Positions 24,899 through 34,913 of a stretch of DNA of 45,627 bases are shown in pieces (position 1 is the first letter of the stretch; each line of letters opens with the position of its first letter). The notes under the pieces are model-generated. The model ran no database searches and was not told the origin of the DNA. It worked only from the letters and a program-made list of their open reading frames with translations. Source of the DNA: a virus (taxonomy: Duplodnaviria; Caudoviricetes); IMG/VR virus record IMGVR_UViG_3300048599_000450, positions 1 to 45,627 of that record; one strand, 5' to 3'. Position numbers and translations under genes: made by a program.

Positions 24899-26217
24899 CA
24901 GGCATGCTTTTCCGCATCGCGGAGCTCGCCTTCAATCGCCCGCTGCTGATCGAGCCTGAAGCCGCCGCGATCGCGGCCTCGGTTCTGCTTCCGCGCATCG
25001 GCGCCGAGCAGCTGGTCGATCTCGACGGCGACATCGCCGAAGCGGAGGCCAGTGCCTTCATCGGCACGCCGGCCCTTCGCCCAGACGGCCGCTATGCCGG
25101 CTACCGGATGGTAGGGGACGGCATCGCGATAGCGCAGATGCGCGGCAAGCTGGTCAACCGGGGGGCCTGGATCGGCGCCAGCTCCGGCCTGACGAGCTAC
25201 GAGGGCATGCATGCCCTGTTCGCAGCCATGCGCGCCGACACGTCGGTGCGCCGGGTGGTGCTCGATGTCGATTCCCCCGGTGGCGAGGCGGCGGGCTGCT
25301 TCGAGACCGCTGCCGCTCTCAAGGCGCTCGACGCCGAGAAGCCCGTCACGGTCCTGGTCAACGCCGTCTGCTGCTCCGCAGCCTACCTGGTCTCGTCCGG
25401 AGCGTCCGAAATCCTGCTGACGCAGACCGCCTCGGTCGGCAGCATCGGCGTGATCATCGTGCACCTTGATCGCTCTGGCGAGCTGGCCAAGGCCGGCCTG
25501 CGCCCGACGATCATCCATGCCGGCACAGGCAAGGCCGATTTCAACCCGTTCGAGCCACTGCCGGAAGGGGTCCGCGCCGACGTTCAGCGCGAGGTCAACG
25601 CCCTGTACGACGAATTTGTCGCGATGGTCGCTGCCAATCGTCCCAAGCGCCTCGGCGCCGAAGCCATCCGCGCCACCGGGGCGCGGGTGTTTCGCGGCCA
25701 GGCCGCGGTCGAGGCTGGCCTCGCCGATCGCATCGCGACGCTCGACGAGATCCTGAAATCGCCGACCGCGCGAGCTCGCGCATCAACCGGAACCAGAGGA
25801 GTCCAGATGTCCGGTCAGACCGAAAACCAGCCCGCGCCCGACGCGGGAATCCCCCGCGCCGAGCACGAGGCGGCGCTGACGGCGGCCCGCACCGAGGCGA
25901 AGGCCGAGGGCGTCAGCGAAGGCCATAAGCTCGGCGCCACGGCCGAACGCACGCGGCTGAAGGGCATCATGTCGCTCGACGAGGCCAAGGCCGCGCCGGC
26001 AGCGGCGCTCGCCCTTGCGCTCGACACCGAGGTCACCGCCGACCAGGCGAAGGCGGTCCTGGCGGCCCAGCCGGCGCCGACCAAGCCGGGCCTTTCCCAG
26101 CAGATGGCCGGCCAGCGCGATCCCGAACTCGGCTCCGGTACGAAGCCGGCGCCCGCCGCGGCGAGCGGTTCCCTCGCCAACAAGATGGCCAAGCGCTTCG
26201 GCGTCGGCCAGAACTGA
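24895..26217 (+). CDS. S49 head maturation protease (gpC-like)
   Basis: LDVDSPGG, CSAAY, VGSIGV motifs. Confidence 0.93.
   Translation: MTGMLFRIAELAFNRPLLIEPEAAAIAASVLLPRIGAEQLVDLDGDIAEAEASAFIGTPALRPDGRYAGYRMVGDGIAIAQMRGKLVNRGAWIGASSGLTSYEGMHALFAAMRADTSVRRVVLDVDSPGGEAAGCFETAAALKALDAEKPVTVLVNAVCCSAAYLVSSGASEILLTQTASVGSIGVIIVHLDRSGELAKAGLRPTIIHAGTGKADFNPFEPLPEGVRADVQREVNALYDEFVAMVAANRPKRLGAEAIRATGARVFRGQAAVEAGLADRIATLDEILKSPTARARASTGTRGVQMSGQTENQPAPDAGIPRAEHEAALTAARTEAKAEGVSEGHKLGATAERTRLKGIMSLDEAKAAPAAALALALDTEVTADQAKAVLAAQPAPTKPGLSQQMAGQRDPELGSGTKPAPAAASGSLANKMAKRFGVGQN
25807..26217 (+). CDS. Nested in-frame scaffolding protein (Nu3-like)
   Basis: GAGGAG RBS before an in-frame internal ATG; AERTRLKGI motif; same arrangement as lambda C/Nu3. 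Confidence 0.65.
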   Translation: MSGQTENQPAPDAGIPRAEHEAALTAARTEAKAEGVSEGHKLGATAERTRLKGIMSLDEAKAAPAAALALALDTEVTADQAKAVLAAQPAPTKPGLSQQMAGQRDPELGSGTKPAPAAASGSLANKMAKRFGVGQN

Positions 26218-26227
26218 GGAGCCGCCC

Positions 26228-26872
26228 ATGGCCCTGCGTGCGACCGAGCCGAGGCGCGCCTCGGACGTCCTCAAGCATCACGACCCGCTGTATTCGCTCG
26301 AGGAGCGGATTGTCGCCTCCGGGTCGGGGAAGATCGAGATCGGCCAGGTGATGGCCGTTGTCCGCTCCGGCACCGCGACGGCGGCGGCGAAGGCGGGTGG
26401 CAACACCGGCAACGGGACGATCTCCGCCGTGACGGTCTCCGGCCGGGCGAAGGCCGGCCCCTATACGGCGCGTTTCACGAGCGCGACCACCTATAATCTG
26501 TCCGATCCGGGCGGCGACGTCGTCGCGGCCGGGCAGACCGGCGTCGCGCTCGCCGACGATCTTGGCTTCACCATCACCGCCGGCGGCACGCCCTTCGCTG
26601 TCGGCGACGGCTTCGACATCGCCGTCGTGCCGACCGGCAAGAAGCTGAAGCCCTACACCCCAGGCGCCGCAGACGGCTCGCAGATCGCCGCCGAGGTGTC
26701 GATCGGCACCTGCGACGCGACTTCGGCCGACGCCAAGCTCGTCACTGTCGCCCGCAAGGCGATCGTCGTCCGCAACGAGCTCGTCTTCGCCGGCGGCGTT
26801 ACCACCGACCAGAAAGCCGTCGCTGTCGACCAGCTCGAGAAAGCCGGCATCCTCACGGCTCAGGGGGCCTGA
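26228..26872 (+). CDS. Head decoration protein (gpD-like)
   Basis: Between protease and capsid; DGSQIAA...DATSAD...LEKAGI. Confidence 0.85.
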   Translation: MALRATEPRRASDVLKHHDPLYSLEERIVASGSGKIEIGQVMAVVRSGTATAAAKAGGNTGNGTISAVTVSGRAKAGPYTARFTSATTYNLSDPGGDVVAAGQTGVALADDLGFTITAGGTPFAVGDGFDIAVVPTGKKLKPYTPGAADGSQIAAEVSIGTCDATSADAKLVTVARKAIVVRNELVFAGGVTTDQKAVAVDQLEKAGILTAQGA

Positions 26873-26878
26873 CCTCTC

Positions 26879-27919
26879 ATGAACTCCACTGTTCTCGATC
26901 TCTTCGACGATCCGGTCTTCGCCGCGCGAGCGCTCGTGGACTCGATCAATATCGTCCCGAACACCTATGGCCGTATCAACGAGCTCGGCCTCTTCCCGAT
27001 CCGCGGGGTCGCAACGACCTATGTCGAGGTCGAATACAAGAACGGCGTGCTCAACCTGCTGCGCACCGCCGAGCGCACGACGCGAGGCACCGCGGCCGTT
27101 CGTGGCAAGCGCGAGGTGCGCATTTTCAAGGTGCCGCACATCCCGCACTTGGACTGCATCGGCTCCGAGGATCTGCAGAACCGGATTCCGTTCGGCGCCA
27201 CCGACGCGCTCGATCGCGTCCAGAACGCCGTGAATGAGAAGCTCGAGGACATGGCCTCGAAGTTCCACATCACGCTCGAGGCGTTGCGGGCCTCGGCGCT
27301 GAACGGCGTCCTGCTCGACGCCGACGGATCGACCATCGTCAACTTCTTCACCGAGTTCGGCATCACCGAGAAGGTCGTCGACTTCGACCTGACCAACGAC
27401 GCGGCGAACATCACGGCGAAGCATCATGAGGTGCTTCGGCATATGGAGGACAACCTCCATGGCGAGACGATGAGCTCGGCGCACGCGCTTTGCTCGCCGG
27501 AATTCTTCGACGAGTACGTCACTCACCCGGCAGTGGAGAAGGCCTACACCTACTACCAGTCGCAGGCCGAGCCGCTGAAGCGCGACGTCCGCAAGGGCTT
27601 CCTGCACAAGGGCATCTTGTGGGAGGAGTACCGCGGAAACGCCAACTACCTCGCGGCTGATGGCTCGACCATCAATCGCAAGTTTATCCCTGCCGGCGAG
27701 GCGCGTATCTTCCCGCTCGGCACGCGCGAGACCTTCCAGACGTATCTTGCTCCGCCGACCGCCCTCTCCGAGGTCAACTCGGCGCCGCGCGAGGACCAGA
27801 TGGTCTACGTCACCCAGAAGCGCCTGGATCATGACGAGGGCATCGAGTTCAAGGCCCAGGCCAACCCCCTGCCGCTCGTCAAGCGCCCGGCCCTGCTGGT
27901 GCGCGCGACGCTGACCTGA
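26879..27919 (+). CDS. Major capsid protein E family
   Basis: INIVPNTYGRINELGLF...TLEALRASALNG...ANPLPLVKRPALLV. Confidence 0.93.
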   Translation: MNSTVLDLFDDPVFAARALVDSINIVPNTYGRINELGLFPIRGVATTYVEVEYKNGVLNLLRTAERTTRGTAAVRGKREVRIFKVPHIPHLDCIGSEDLQNRIPFGATDALDRVQNAVNEKLEDMASKFHITLEALRASALNGVLLDADGSTIVNFFTEFGITEKVVDFDLTNDAANITAKHHEVLRHMEDNLHGETMSSAHALCSPEFFDEYVTHPAVEKAYTYYQSQAEPLKRDVRKGFLHKGILWEEYRGNANYLAADGSTINRKFIPAGEARIFPLGTRETFQTYLAPPTALSEVNSAPREDQMVYVTQKRLDHDEGIEFKAQANPLPLVKRPALLVRATLT

Positions 27920-27929
27920 GGAGGCGCCG

Positions 27930-28277
27930 ATGCAGATCAAGATGATCGGCACCTTCTCCTACGACCTGGTTCCCGGCGTCTCGCGCCGCACGCTGCATGC
28001 CGGTCTCGTCCTCGACGAGCCCGTGGACGTGGCGCAGGCGGCGATCGCCGACGGCAAGGCCGTGCGCTGGCCGCCTGAGGCGGGTGCGGTGACCGGCGAG
28101 GGAGAGGGCGACGATCCGGCCCCATCCCCCCGCCCGGCGCCCCAGCCGAAACCGGCAACCAAGCAGGCCGCAGGCTCCAAGAAGGGTGCTCGCTCCGAGA
28201 CCCCGTCCGCGCCGCCGACCGCCCCGGCAAGCGAGCCGACGCCGGCCGAACCCGTCGAGCCCGGCGGCAGCGACTGA
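27930..28277 (+). CDS. Hypothetical protein after capsid
   Basis: GAGGAGG RBS; Pro-rich tail. Confidence 0.75.
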   Translation: MQIKMIGTFSYDLVPGVSRRTLHAGLVLDEPVDVAQAAIADGKAVRWPPEAGAVTGEGEGDDPAPSPRPAPQPKPATKQAAGSKKGARSETPSAPPTAPASEPTPAEPVEPGGSD

Positions 28278-28699
28278 TGCCATCGCTTTTCGCTGCGCGG
28301 CACGCAGCCGCGCAGCGTCCGATCGATCTCCGGCACGGCGAGCCGTTCCGGATCATTCCGCGTGCCGAAAAGCAGCCGGACCCGGCGCGCCCGGAGGGCA
28401 CCCTGCCCTTCACCTGCATTTTCCATGAAGCGCAGGCGGATTCGCGCCACGCGATGAACGGGAAGATCCAGAACCTGAGCGTGCCTACCTTGCCGGCGGC
28501 GACCCGCCAGGTCGCGATCTCGATTTCCCGGGCTGCCATCCCGCAGCTCTGGCGATCCGCCGCCGCCCCGCTGGGCCTGCGCCGCGGAGATCTCTTCGTC
28601 CGTGTCGAGGACGGCACCGCCTGGGCCATCGAGGACTTCCTGCCGGCCGGTCCTGCCCGGCTCGATTGCCGTGTGCTCGAGGCGAAGGCGCCGGCCTGA
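28277..28699 (+). CDS. Probable head closure/joining protein
   Basis: Position, coupling, and LRRGD...WAIED beta-barrel pattern. Confidence 0.6.
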   Translation: MPSLFAARHAAAQRPIDLRHGEPFRIIPRAEKQPDPARPEGTLPFTCIFHEAQADSRHAMNGKIQNLSVPTLPAATRQVAISISRAAIPQLWRSAAAPLGLRRGDLFVRVEDGTAWAIEDFLPAGPARLDCRVLEAKAPA

Positions 28700-29427
28700 T
28701 GTCGTTGACCCGCCTGGCACTGCGCCTCGCCTCGATCGCCGCGGTCAAGGCCTCCACCGCCCTCGCCGGAACGAAGGTTCACGACACCGGCTGGTCGAAG
28801 TTCGATCGCCTCGGTGAGGGCGACTATGAGCCGGTGATCATCATCTCGACCGAGGATGTCAGTGTCGACGAGGAGGTCAGCCGCCACGAGGCGGACCGCC
28901 GCGTCGACCTCCTGTTCCAGATCGCGCTCGCGACGGTCGACGGTGCACTTCCCGTCATCGCCCCTGACGACTGGGACACGGCCGAGGCACTGCTCGACGT
29001 GCTCGAGCAGGAGATCGACTGGGCGCTGGAGCGGGACGAAGCCTGGTCGCGCCTAGTCCAGCATGCCGAGCATAATTCCACGGTCGTGCGCGATAACTCG
29101 GGCGTCAACAAGATGCCGATCCGGCTGATGGTCAAGAGCTGCCGGGTCTTCAAGATCTGCGCGCCCGCCCCCGTGATCGCTCCGACCGCTCCGCCTTCCG
29201 GTCTCGATCGCTGGGGGCCCGACGTCGCGGAGATCGTCCGGGACCTGCCCGAGGGCGATCGCGTTCGTGTCGTGCTGGAAAATGCGGCGGGCCGGACCGT
29301 CGCCGAGCAAGTCCGGCACCTGGCGAAGATGAGTTTCCGCGGGCGGCAGATCGGGAAGCCCGTTCCGCCCGAAGACAGTCCCAGGGTCGACTTCTCCGTC
29401 GACCTTCCGGCGCCTCCGACCCCCTGA
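28699..29427 (+). CDS. Probable tail completion/terminator protein
   Basis: Position before the sheath; TGATG coupled. Confidence 0.65.
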   Translation: MSLTRLALRLASIAAVKASTALAGTKVHDTGWSKFDRLGEGDYEPVIIISTEDVSVDEEVSRHEADRRVDLLFQIALATVDGALPVIAPDDWDTAEALLDVLEQEIDWALERDEAWSRLVQHAEHNSTVVRDNSGVNKMPIRLMVKSCRVFKICAPAPVIAPTAPPSGLDRWGPDVAEIVRDLPEGDRVRVVLENAAGRTVAEQVRHLAKMSFRGRQIGKPVPPEDSPRVDFSVDLPAPPTP

Positions 29428-29447
29428 CCGCAGAGGACATCCAACTG

Positions 29448-29711
29448 ATGACCGGCACCATCTCGGTGTTTCCGGCTGCGGACGCTTGCGTCCGCCAGCC
29501 CGAGCGCCTCGGCGAGCCCGTGCCCGCCGCGGGCTGCGACGTTCCCGACAATTCCTATTACCGGCGCTTCCTCCTGACCGGCGACCTGATCGAGGGCCGG
29601 CCTGAGGCTGTTCCGGCTGCCAAACCGGTGCCCGAAGCGCCGATCGCTGCGGAGGGCGATCAGCCCCGCCGCCGCCGCTCCCCGCCCCCCACCCACAACG
29701 ACCAGGAGTGA
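29448..29711 (+). CDS. DUF2635-like (Mu gp38-like) small protein
   Basis: VRQP...G..VPDNSYYRRFLLTGDL directly before the sheath. Confidence 0.75.
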   Translation: MTGTISVFPAADACVRQPERLGEPVPAAGCDVPDNSYYRRFLLTGDLIEGRPEAVPAAKPVPEAPIAAEGDQPRRRRSPPPTHNDQE

Positions 29712-29717
29712 TCGCGC

Positions 29718-31217
29718 ATGGCCGTCGCGTTCAGTGAGATTTCCGCGACCACGCGGTCCGGGCTGTTCCATGTCGAGATTCGCGCAGGCGGCACGCCGTA
29801 CCAGCAGCGCGGCCGGATCCTCAACATCGCCCAGAAATTCGCCGGTGGCGCTGCTGCGCTCTCGCAGCCGGTACTCGTCGCCTCTGAGCTGGAGGCCGAT
29901 CGTCTCTTCGGCGCGGGCAGCGCGCTGGCCCAGATGGTCCGAAACGGCTTCCTCAACCGGCCGAGCGGCGAGTATTGGGCTGCGCCGATGCCGGACCCGA
30001 CCGGTGCGGTTGCCGCCACCGGCTCGATTGCCCTGGCTGCGCTGCCTGGCGGCGGGATCGCGGGCCCGTGCATCGTCGAGATCGGCGGCGTCCAGGTTGT
30101 CTCTGCGGCAACGCGGGCCGACACGCTCGACCAGGTTGGTACCGCCTTCGCGGCGGCAATTACGGCGGCCCTGGTCGAAGTCACCGCCGCCTATGACGCG
30201 GTAGCGAAAGAGGTCGACCTGACGGCCCGCCATCCGGGCGCGCTCGGGAACGATATCGACATCTACATCCCGCCGCAGGACAACGCGATCGCGCCGATCG
30301 CGACGGTGACCGCGATGGCGGGCGGCGCGGCGACCCCGTCGCAGGCCCAGTGGGCGACGCTGCTGGCCAATCTCGGCGACGAGGAGTTCGACACCTGGGC
30401 TCAGCCCTGGTCCGACACCGTCTCGCTCGACGCCATCAAGGCCGAGATGGACGAGCGCTGGCACGACAACCAGCAGGTCTACGGCCACATGATCACCGCC
30501 AAGAAGGCGACGGTCGGCGCGCTCTCCGCCTTCGGCTCGGCGCGCAACAACAGCCATGAGAGCATCATCGGCTACGCCGGCTCGCCGACGAGCCCGCATC
30601 TCTGGTGCGCTTCGGCGGCTGCGATCGCGAGCTTCCACCTCACCGACTCGAACAATGGCGAGATCTCGCGGCCGCTGCGCACGTTGGCGCTGAAGGGCGT
30701 AAAGCCGCCGCGTACCCGGATCGACCGCTTCACGAAGAGCAACAAGGAGACGCTGCTTTTCGACGGCATCTCGACCTTCGACGTGATGCGCGACGGCACG
30801 GTCCAGATCGACCGCATCATCACGACCTACTCGCAGTCGCCGGCGGGCGCCATCGACTGGACCTGGCTCAACATCAACCAGATCTACCAGGCGATGTTCG
30901 TGGTGCGCTCGATGCGCAACGCGGTACTAAACGCGCACGCCCGGCAGGGCCTCGCCTCGACCGACCGGTTCGATCTCGAGGCCATCGTTTCGCCGGCGGA
31001 GGCCCGGGCAACTCTCATTCACGAGTACGTCCGGCTCGAGAGCCAGGGCGTGGTCGAGAACTCGGAGCTGTTCGCCCTGCTCGTCACCGTCGAGCGCAAT
31101 GCGGTAGAGGCCGACATGCTCGACGTCGGCCTGCCCTTCGACGTGGTCAACCAGCTCCACGTCTTCCGCACCGCGGCGGTGCTCTTCCGCCAGTTCCCGC
31201 AGCAGCTCGCCGCCTGA
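29718..31217 (+). CDS. Tail sheath protein (Mu gpL-like)
   Basis: LFGAGSALAQM, LTARHPGALGNDI, RPLRTLAL, LLFDGISTF, DVVNQLHVF. Confidence 0.93.
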   Translation: MAVAFSEISATTRSGLFHVEIRAGGTPYQQRGRILNIAQKFAGGAAALSQPVLVASELEADRLFGAGSALAQMVRNGFLNRPSGEYWAAPMPDPTGAVAATGSIALAALPGGGIAGPCIVEIGGVQVVSAATRADTLDQVGTAFAAAITAALVEVTAAYDAVAKEVDLTARHPGALGNDIDIYIPPQDNAIAPIATVTAMAGGAATPSQAQWATLLANLGDEEFDTWAQPWSDTVSLDAIKAEMDERWHDNQQVYGHMITAKKATVGALSAFGSARNNSHESIIGYAGSPTSPHLWCASAAAIASFHLTDSNNGEISRPLRTLALKGVKPPRTRIDRFTKSNKETLLFDGISTFDVMRDGTVQIDRIITTYSQSPAGAIDWTWLNINQIYQAMFVVRSMRNAVLNAHARQGLASTDRFDLEAIVSPAEARATLIHEYVRLESQGVVENSELFALLVTVERNAVEADMLDVGLPFDVVNQLHVFRTAAVLFRQFPQQLAA

Positions 31218-31243
31218 TCGGCGCAACCTGAAAGGAGGTCGAC

Positions 31244-31627
31244 ATGACCTGCAAGCGCTTCGGCGGCAAAATGATCCTGACCTTTGGCGGTCGGAAGTTC
31301 GAGATCACCGGCAACGTCGAGCTCGACACCACCGGCAAGACCCGGGAAACGAAGGCGACGGCGTCGGGCATGCTCTATTCGACGGAAGAGCTGAAGCCAG
31401 GCACCCTCACGGTCGAGCTGCTCGAGACGATCAGCGGCACCGCCTTCAACGGGCTGTTCGACCTCTGCGACGAGAATCTCACGCTGATGGAGGTTACCGC
31501 GCGGGCAATGCACGTCTGCCCGAAGGCGACGATGACGGGCGAGCCCAAGCGGGACCGGAAAACCGGACAGATCAGCGGGCTGGTGTTCGCCTTCCGAGCC
31601 GATGAGTACAAGGAGACCGCGCTGTGA
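31244..31627 (+). CDS. Tail tube protein (Mu-like)
   Basis: 127 aa after the sheath, AGGAGG RBS. Confidence 0.8.
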   Translation: MTCKRFGGKMILTFGGRKFEITGNVELDTTGKTRETKATASGMLYSTEELKPGTLTVELLETISGTAFNGLFDLCDENLTLMEVTARAMHVCPKATMTGEPKRDRKTGQISGLVFAFRADEYKETAL

Positions 31628-31965
31628 GCGCGACCGAGGTCCAGATCCCGATCGAGCCGTACAAGCTCGGCGACAAGACCTACACCTATGTGAAGGTGAA
31701 GGCGCCGAGCTATTTCGACTACATGGACTTCGGTGAACCGCTGGAGCGCCAGAAGAACACCGACGACGTGACGATCCAGATTCAGCACCTCGATCGTCTG
31801 AAGGCCTATGCCGAGCGCCTGGTCACCACCGGCGACGACTCGATCGCGGAGCCGGCCGTGCTGGCTCATGGCGGGTTTCGGCTCGCCCGCCGGGTCCACG
31901 AGGTCCTCTGCGATTTTTTGTACCTCCAGTCGCAGGCGGATGGGACGAGCTCGCCGACCAGCTGA
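31624..31965 (+). CDS. Tail assembly chaperone
   Basis: Position between tube and tape measure; slippery TTTTTTG near the 3' end. Confidence 0.8.
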   Translation: MSATEVQIPIEPYKLGDKTYTYVKVKAPSYFDYMDFGEPLERQKNTDDVTIQIQHLDRLKAYAERLVTTGDDSIAEPAVLAHGGFRLARRVHEVLCDFLYLQSQADGTSSPTS

Positions 31966-32075
31966 TGTTCCTGCTCGGTTGGAAGCCCCAGGATCTATTG
32001 CCGCTGCCGCTCCCGCACCTGCTGCGGCTCTATGTTCGAGCCGGACAGTGGTTCGAGGCGCATCCGCGCAGATAG
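31914..32075 (+). CDS. -1 frameshift extension of the tail chaperone (GpE'-like)
   Basis: TTTTTTG at 31914-31920; -1 frame reads VPPVAGGWDELADQLMFLLGWKPQDLLPLPLPHLLRLYVRAGQWFEAHPRR* ending 3 bp before the tape measure ATG. Confidence 0.8.
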   Translation, partial: FFVPPVAGGWDELADQLMFLLGWKPQDLLPLPLPHLLRLYVRAGQWFEAHPRR

Positions 32076-32078
32076 ACG

Positions 32079-34649
32079 ATGGCGCGTGAACTCAAGTCCA
32101 AGGTCGTCATCCTCGCCGACGACCGCACCGGACAGGCCTTCAATTCCGTCGCCGCGAAGCTGCGCCAGCTCGCTTCGTCGTCGAAGCAGGTCAAAGCCGT
32201 GACCACCCAGGTCGACGCGGTCCGAACCGCAATGTCCCGGTATCAGAAGACCGGGGATGATCTCGGCAAGATCAGGGTGTTCCGGGAGGCGGCGCGCGGC
32301 GCGTTAGAGCTCGGCCGCAGCCACCGGGAGGCGCTGACGCATCTGCGCTCCGTCAGCCGGGAGATGAACATCATCGGCCCGCCGACGGCTGCGATGAGCG
32401 CGCGGTACCGCCAGGCGCAGGAGAGCATGCGGTCCGTCGGCCGGGCGCTGCGTGAACAGAAGGAGGCCGTAGCGACCGCCCGCGACGCTCTGAGCTCGGC
32501 CGGCATCAACGTTGACCGCCTCGCCTCCGCACAACGCAGGCTCGAGCTGGCGACTAAAGGGGCCACGGCTGCGGCGCGCGCGCAGGCAGCCAATCCCTGG
32601 GGCCAGGCGTCGCGCCAGCGGCATGTCGAGGCGAAACCTCACGGCGCCGGCGTCGCTGGCATCGGCGGTCTGCCTGCAGCGTACTATGCTCGGCAGGGTG
32701 CGCTCAAAGCTATCGACGCCGGCAAATCGATGGACTTCGCTGTTCGACGCCAGCGCGCCTTCGCTGATCTCTCTGAGTCTGAGCAGAATAAGATCCTGAT
32801 CCCTCAAGCTGAGAAAATCGGCCGCGAAACCAAGTTCACGAACATCGACGTCGTCGAGGCCCAGACGACGACGGCGAACCGCCTGCCCGCGCATATGAAG
32901 AATGCGGAGACCATCGCGCCGCTGGTCGGGCAGATGAAGAACTACGCCATGTCCATGAAGGAAGTGAACATGGATGAGGCCTCTCAGGCGGTGACCGGCT
33001 TTCTGCTATCGACCGGCAAAGACATCAGCACGCCCGAGAAGGCAGACTTCGAGGCCCGCAGAGCCTCGAACCTGTTGATCCGCTCGTCGAAACTCGGCGC
33101 GATGGGTCATCACGATCTGATGCCATTCGTCCAGCGCGGGCTATCTGCCGGCAACATTGCAGGGCTCAGCGACGAGACCATGCTCGCGATGGGCGTCGGC
33201 TTGAAGCGGTCGAACATTTCCGGCGATCAGGCCGGCACCGCGCTCCGCACGATCTCGTCCAAGCTGGTGGCGCCAACGAATAAAGGTCTGGCCGCCTTGG
33301 CCACGGCGGGCATCGACTACAGCAAGTACTCGAAGATGCCCCAGGGTCTCAGCGTCGAGAGCCTCGAAGGCAAGTTCAAGCAGGACTTCGGCAAATCGTT
33401 CACCCCAGAGGTGCGCGAGAAACTCGGTGAAGCTCTGGGCGACTCCGAGATCGTCGGCGATCGCGGTCGGTTCACCCAGGCGGTGACCGACGCCGTGGCG
33501 GAGCTCTTCACGCCGAAAAAGGACGGCACGATGAGGGCGTCCGACCGGCAGGCAGTCGCCAAGAAAGTCGGCGAATTCCACAAATTTTCGGCGGAGAGTG
33601 TCGACTCGGAAGGGCTACTGCGGGCGATCCTGGCGAAGGATCCGACGCTCGGGGTCCTGAACGCCTTTGCGACCGACAAGCACGGCAACAAGCTGGGCCT
33701 GATCTCCAAGGGCTTCGAGCAGTTCGAGCGGGACCGGGAAACGCTGCGGGAGACACCAGGCGATTTCGGCGACAAGATTGCAGCGACTATCACCGGGGGC
33801 CTGGGCGGAGCGCTAGATCGTTTGACCGGCTCGATCGAGACGGCATACCAAAAAATCGGAACGGCAAATGCCGGCTGGCTGACGCCGTCGGTCGACGCGA
33901 TCGGAAATGCGATCGAGGCCCTGTCTCAGCTTCCTCCGAAGCTGATCGTTTTCGGCACGGCCGTCGCCACCGCGAGCGGCGTGTTGCTCGGGATCAAAGG
34001 AGCCAGCACCGCAGCTACGGTCGCCGGCGCGGCTGCAACGACAGTCCGCGCGACGGCCGCCGGCGCCACGCTCACCAAGGCCGGATCCATCGGATCGACC
34101 TTTGCCCGCTTCGGCGCCCGCACGCTCGGCGTCGCAGGCCTGGCCTATGGCGGCTACGAGCTGCTGGACTATGCCATCGGCCAGCACAACCGCGAGAAGT
34201 ACAAGGATGTCGCGCCGGGCGAGGCTCACAACGAAGGCCGCAATCGACGGCGCGCCTATCACGAAGCGCTGCGCCAGCAGACGGCAGGCGTGCGCGCGCA
34301 GCACGCGCCGACGCTGGCCGATGCGGGGATCGTGCCGCTCGGCAAGAGCGCCGGCCCGAAATTCGGCCTCGGCGCCAGCGGGGAACCGGTCGGGCAAGCT
34401 GCTCCGCTCCGCCTGGGCGCCGGCGGCCCGATCCCGAATCTTGCCGACGCGCTGAAGGGTGCGAACATCGAAGCGAAGCTCGAAGGGTCGGCCGAGGTGA
34501 AGCTATCCGGTCAGATCAGCCTCGAGCCCGGGTTGATGGCGAAGCTCAACCAGACGATCGCCGCCGTTGGAAACCTGAAGGCCGGCGCCGCCTCGGTGAC
34601 CGCCGCCGGATCGACCGGCAAGACTATGACGGAGGCGTCAGGAGAATGA
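32079..34649 (+). CDS. Tail tape measure protein
   Basis: 856 aa, Ala-rich helical; IGRETKFT, GDQAGTALRTI core. Confidence 0.93.
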   Translation: MARELKSKVVILADDRTGQAFNSVAAKLRQLASSSKQVKAVTTQVDAVRTAMSRYQKTGDDLGKIRVFREAARGALELGRSHREALTHLRSVSREMNIIGPPTAAMSARYRQAQESMRSVGRALREQKEAVATARDALSSAGINVDRLASAQRRLELATKGATAAARAQAANPWGQASRQRHVEAKPHGAGVAGIGGLPAAYYARQGALKAIDAGKSMDFAVRRQRAFADLSESEQNKILIPQAEKIGRETKFTNIDVVEAQTTTANRLPAHMKNAETIAPLVGQMKNYAMSMKEVNMDEASQAVTGFLLSTGKDISTPEKADFEARRASNLLIRSSKLGAMGHHDLMPFVQRGLSAGNIAGLSDETMLAMGVGLKRSNISGDQAGTALRTISSKLVAPTNKGLAALATAGIDYSKYSKMPQGLSVESLEGKFKQDFGKSFTPEVREKLGEALGDSEIVGDRGRFTQAVTDAVAELFTPKKDGTMRASDRQAVAKKVGEFHKFSAESVDSEGLLRAILAKDPTLGVLNAFATDKHGNKLGLISKGFEQFERDRETLRETPGDFGDKIAATITGGLGGALDRLTGSIETAYQKIGTANAGWLTPSVDAIGNAIEALSQLPPKLIVFGTAVATASGVLLGIKGASTAATVAGAAATTVRATAAGATLTKAGSIGSTFARFGARTLGVAGLAYGGYELLDYAIGQHNREKYKDVAPGEAHNEGRNRRRAYHEALRQQTAGVRAQHAPTLADAGIVPLGKSAGPKFGLGASGEPVGQAAPLRLGAGGPIPNLADALKGANIEAKLEGSAEVKLSGQISLEPGLMAKLNQTIAAVGNLKAGAASVTAAGSTGKTMTEASGE

Positions 34650-34658
34650 GCGCGATTA

Positions 34659-34913
34659 TCACTGCGGCGTCGTTGAACCAGGTCCAGGCGGAATTTCTGG
34701 CGCTGTTTTCCGAAGCAGATCGGCGATCTGCTTGCTCGGAAGCGCCACGAACTGGCCGTTGTCGGCCTTGGCGGCTTCGGCGGCAGCGCGTTCAAATGCC
34801 TCGATCGCCTCGTCGCGCTCAATGACGCCCTTTTCGACCAGCATCAGCAACAGCGTGGTCAAGGCTGCGATCTGTCCGGTCGCAATCGCGGCCATTTGCT
34901 TCGAATTGCTCAT
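34659..34913 (-). CDS. Small antisense accessory (moron) protein, 84 aa
   Basis: MSNSKQMAAIATGQIAALTTLLLMLVEKGVIERDEAIEAF...; GAGGG RBS; fills the gap between tape measure and next tail gene. Confidence 0.7.
   Translation of the reverse strand: MSNSKQMAAIATGQIAALTTLLLMLVEKGVIERDEAIEAFERAAAEAAKADNGQFVALPSKQIADLLRKTAPEIPPGPGSTTPQ

Noticed and set aside
31808-32089. 93-aa ORF as the frameshift partner of the tail chaperone
   Set aside because: It is in the +1 frame with junk-like composition; the -1 frame gives the GpE'-like sequence.
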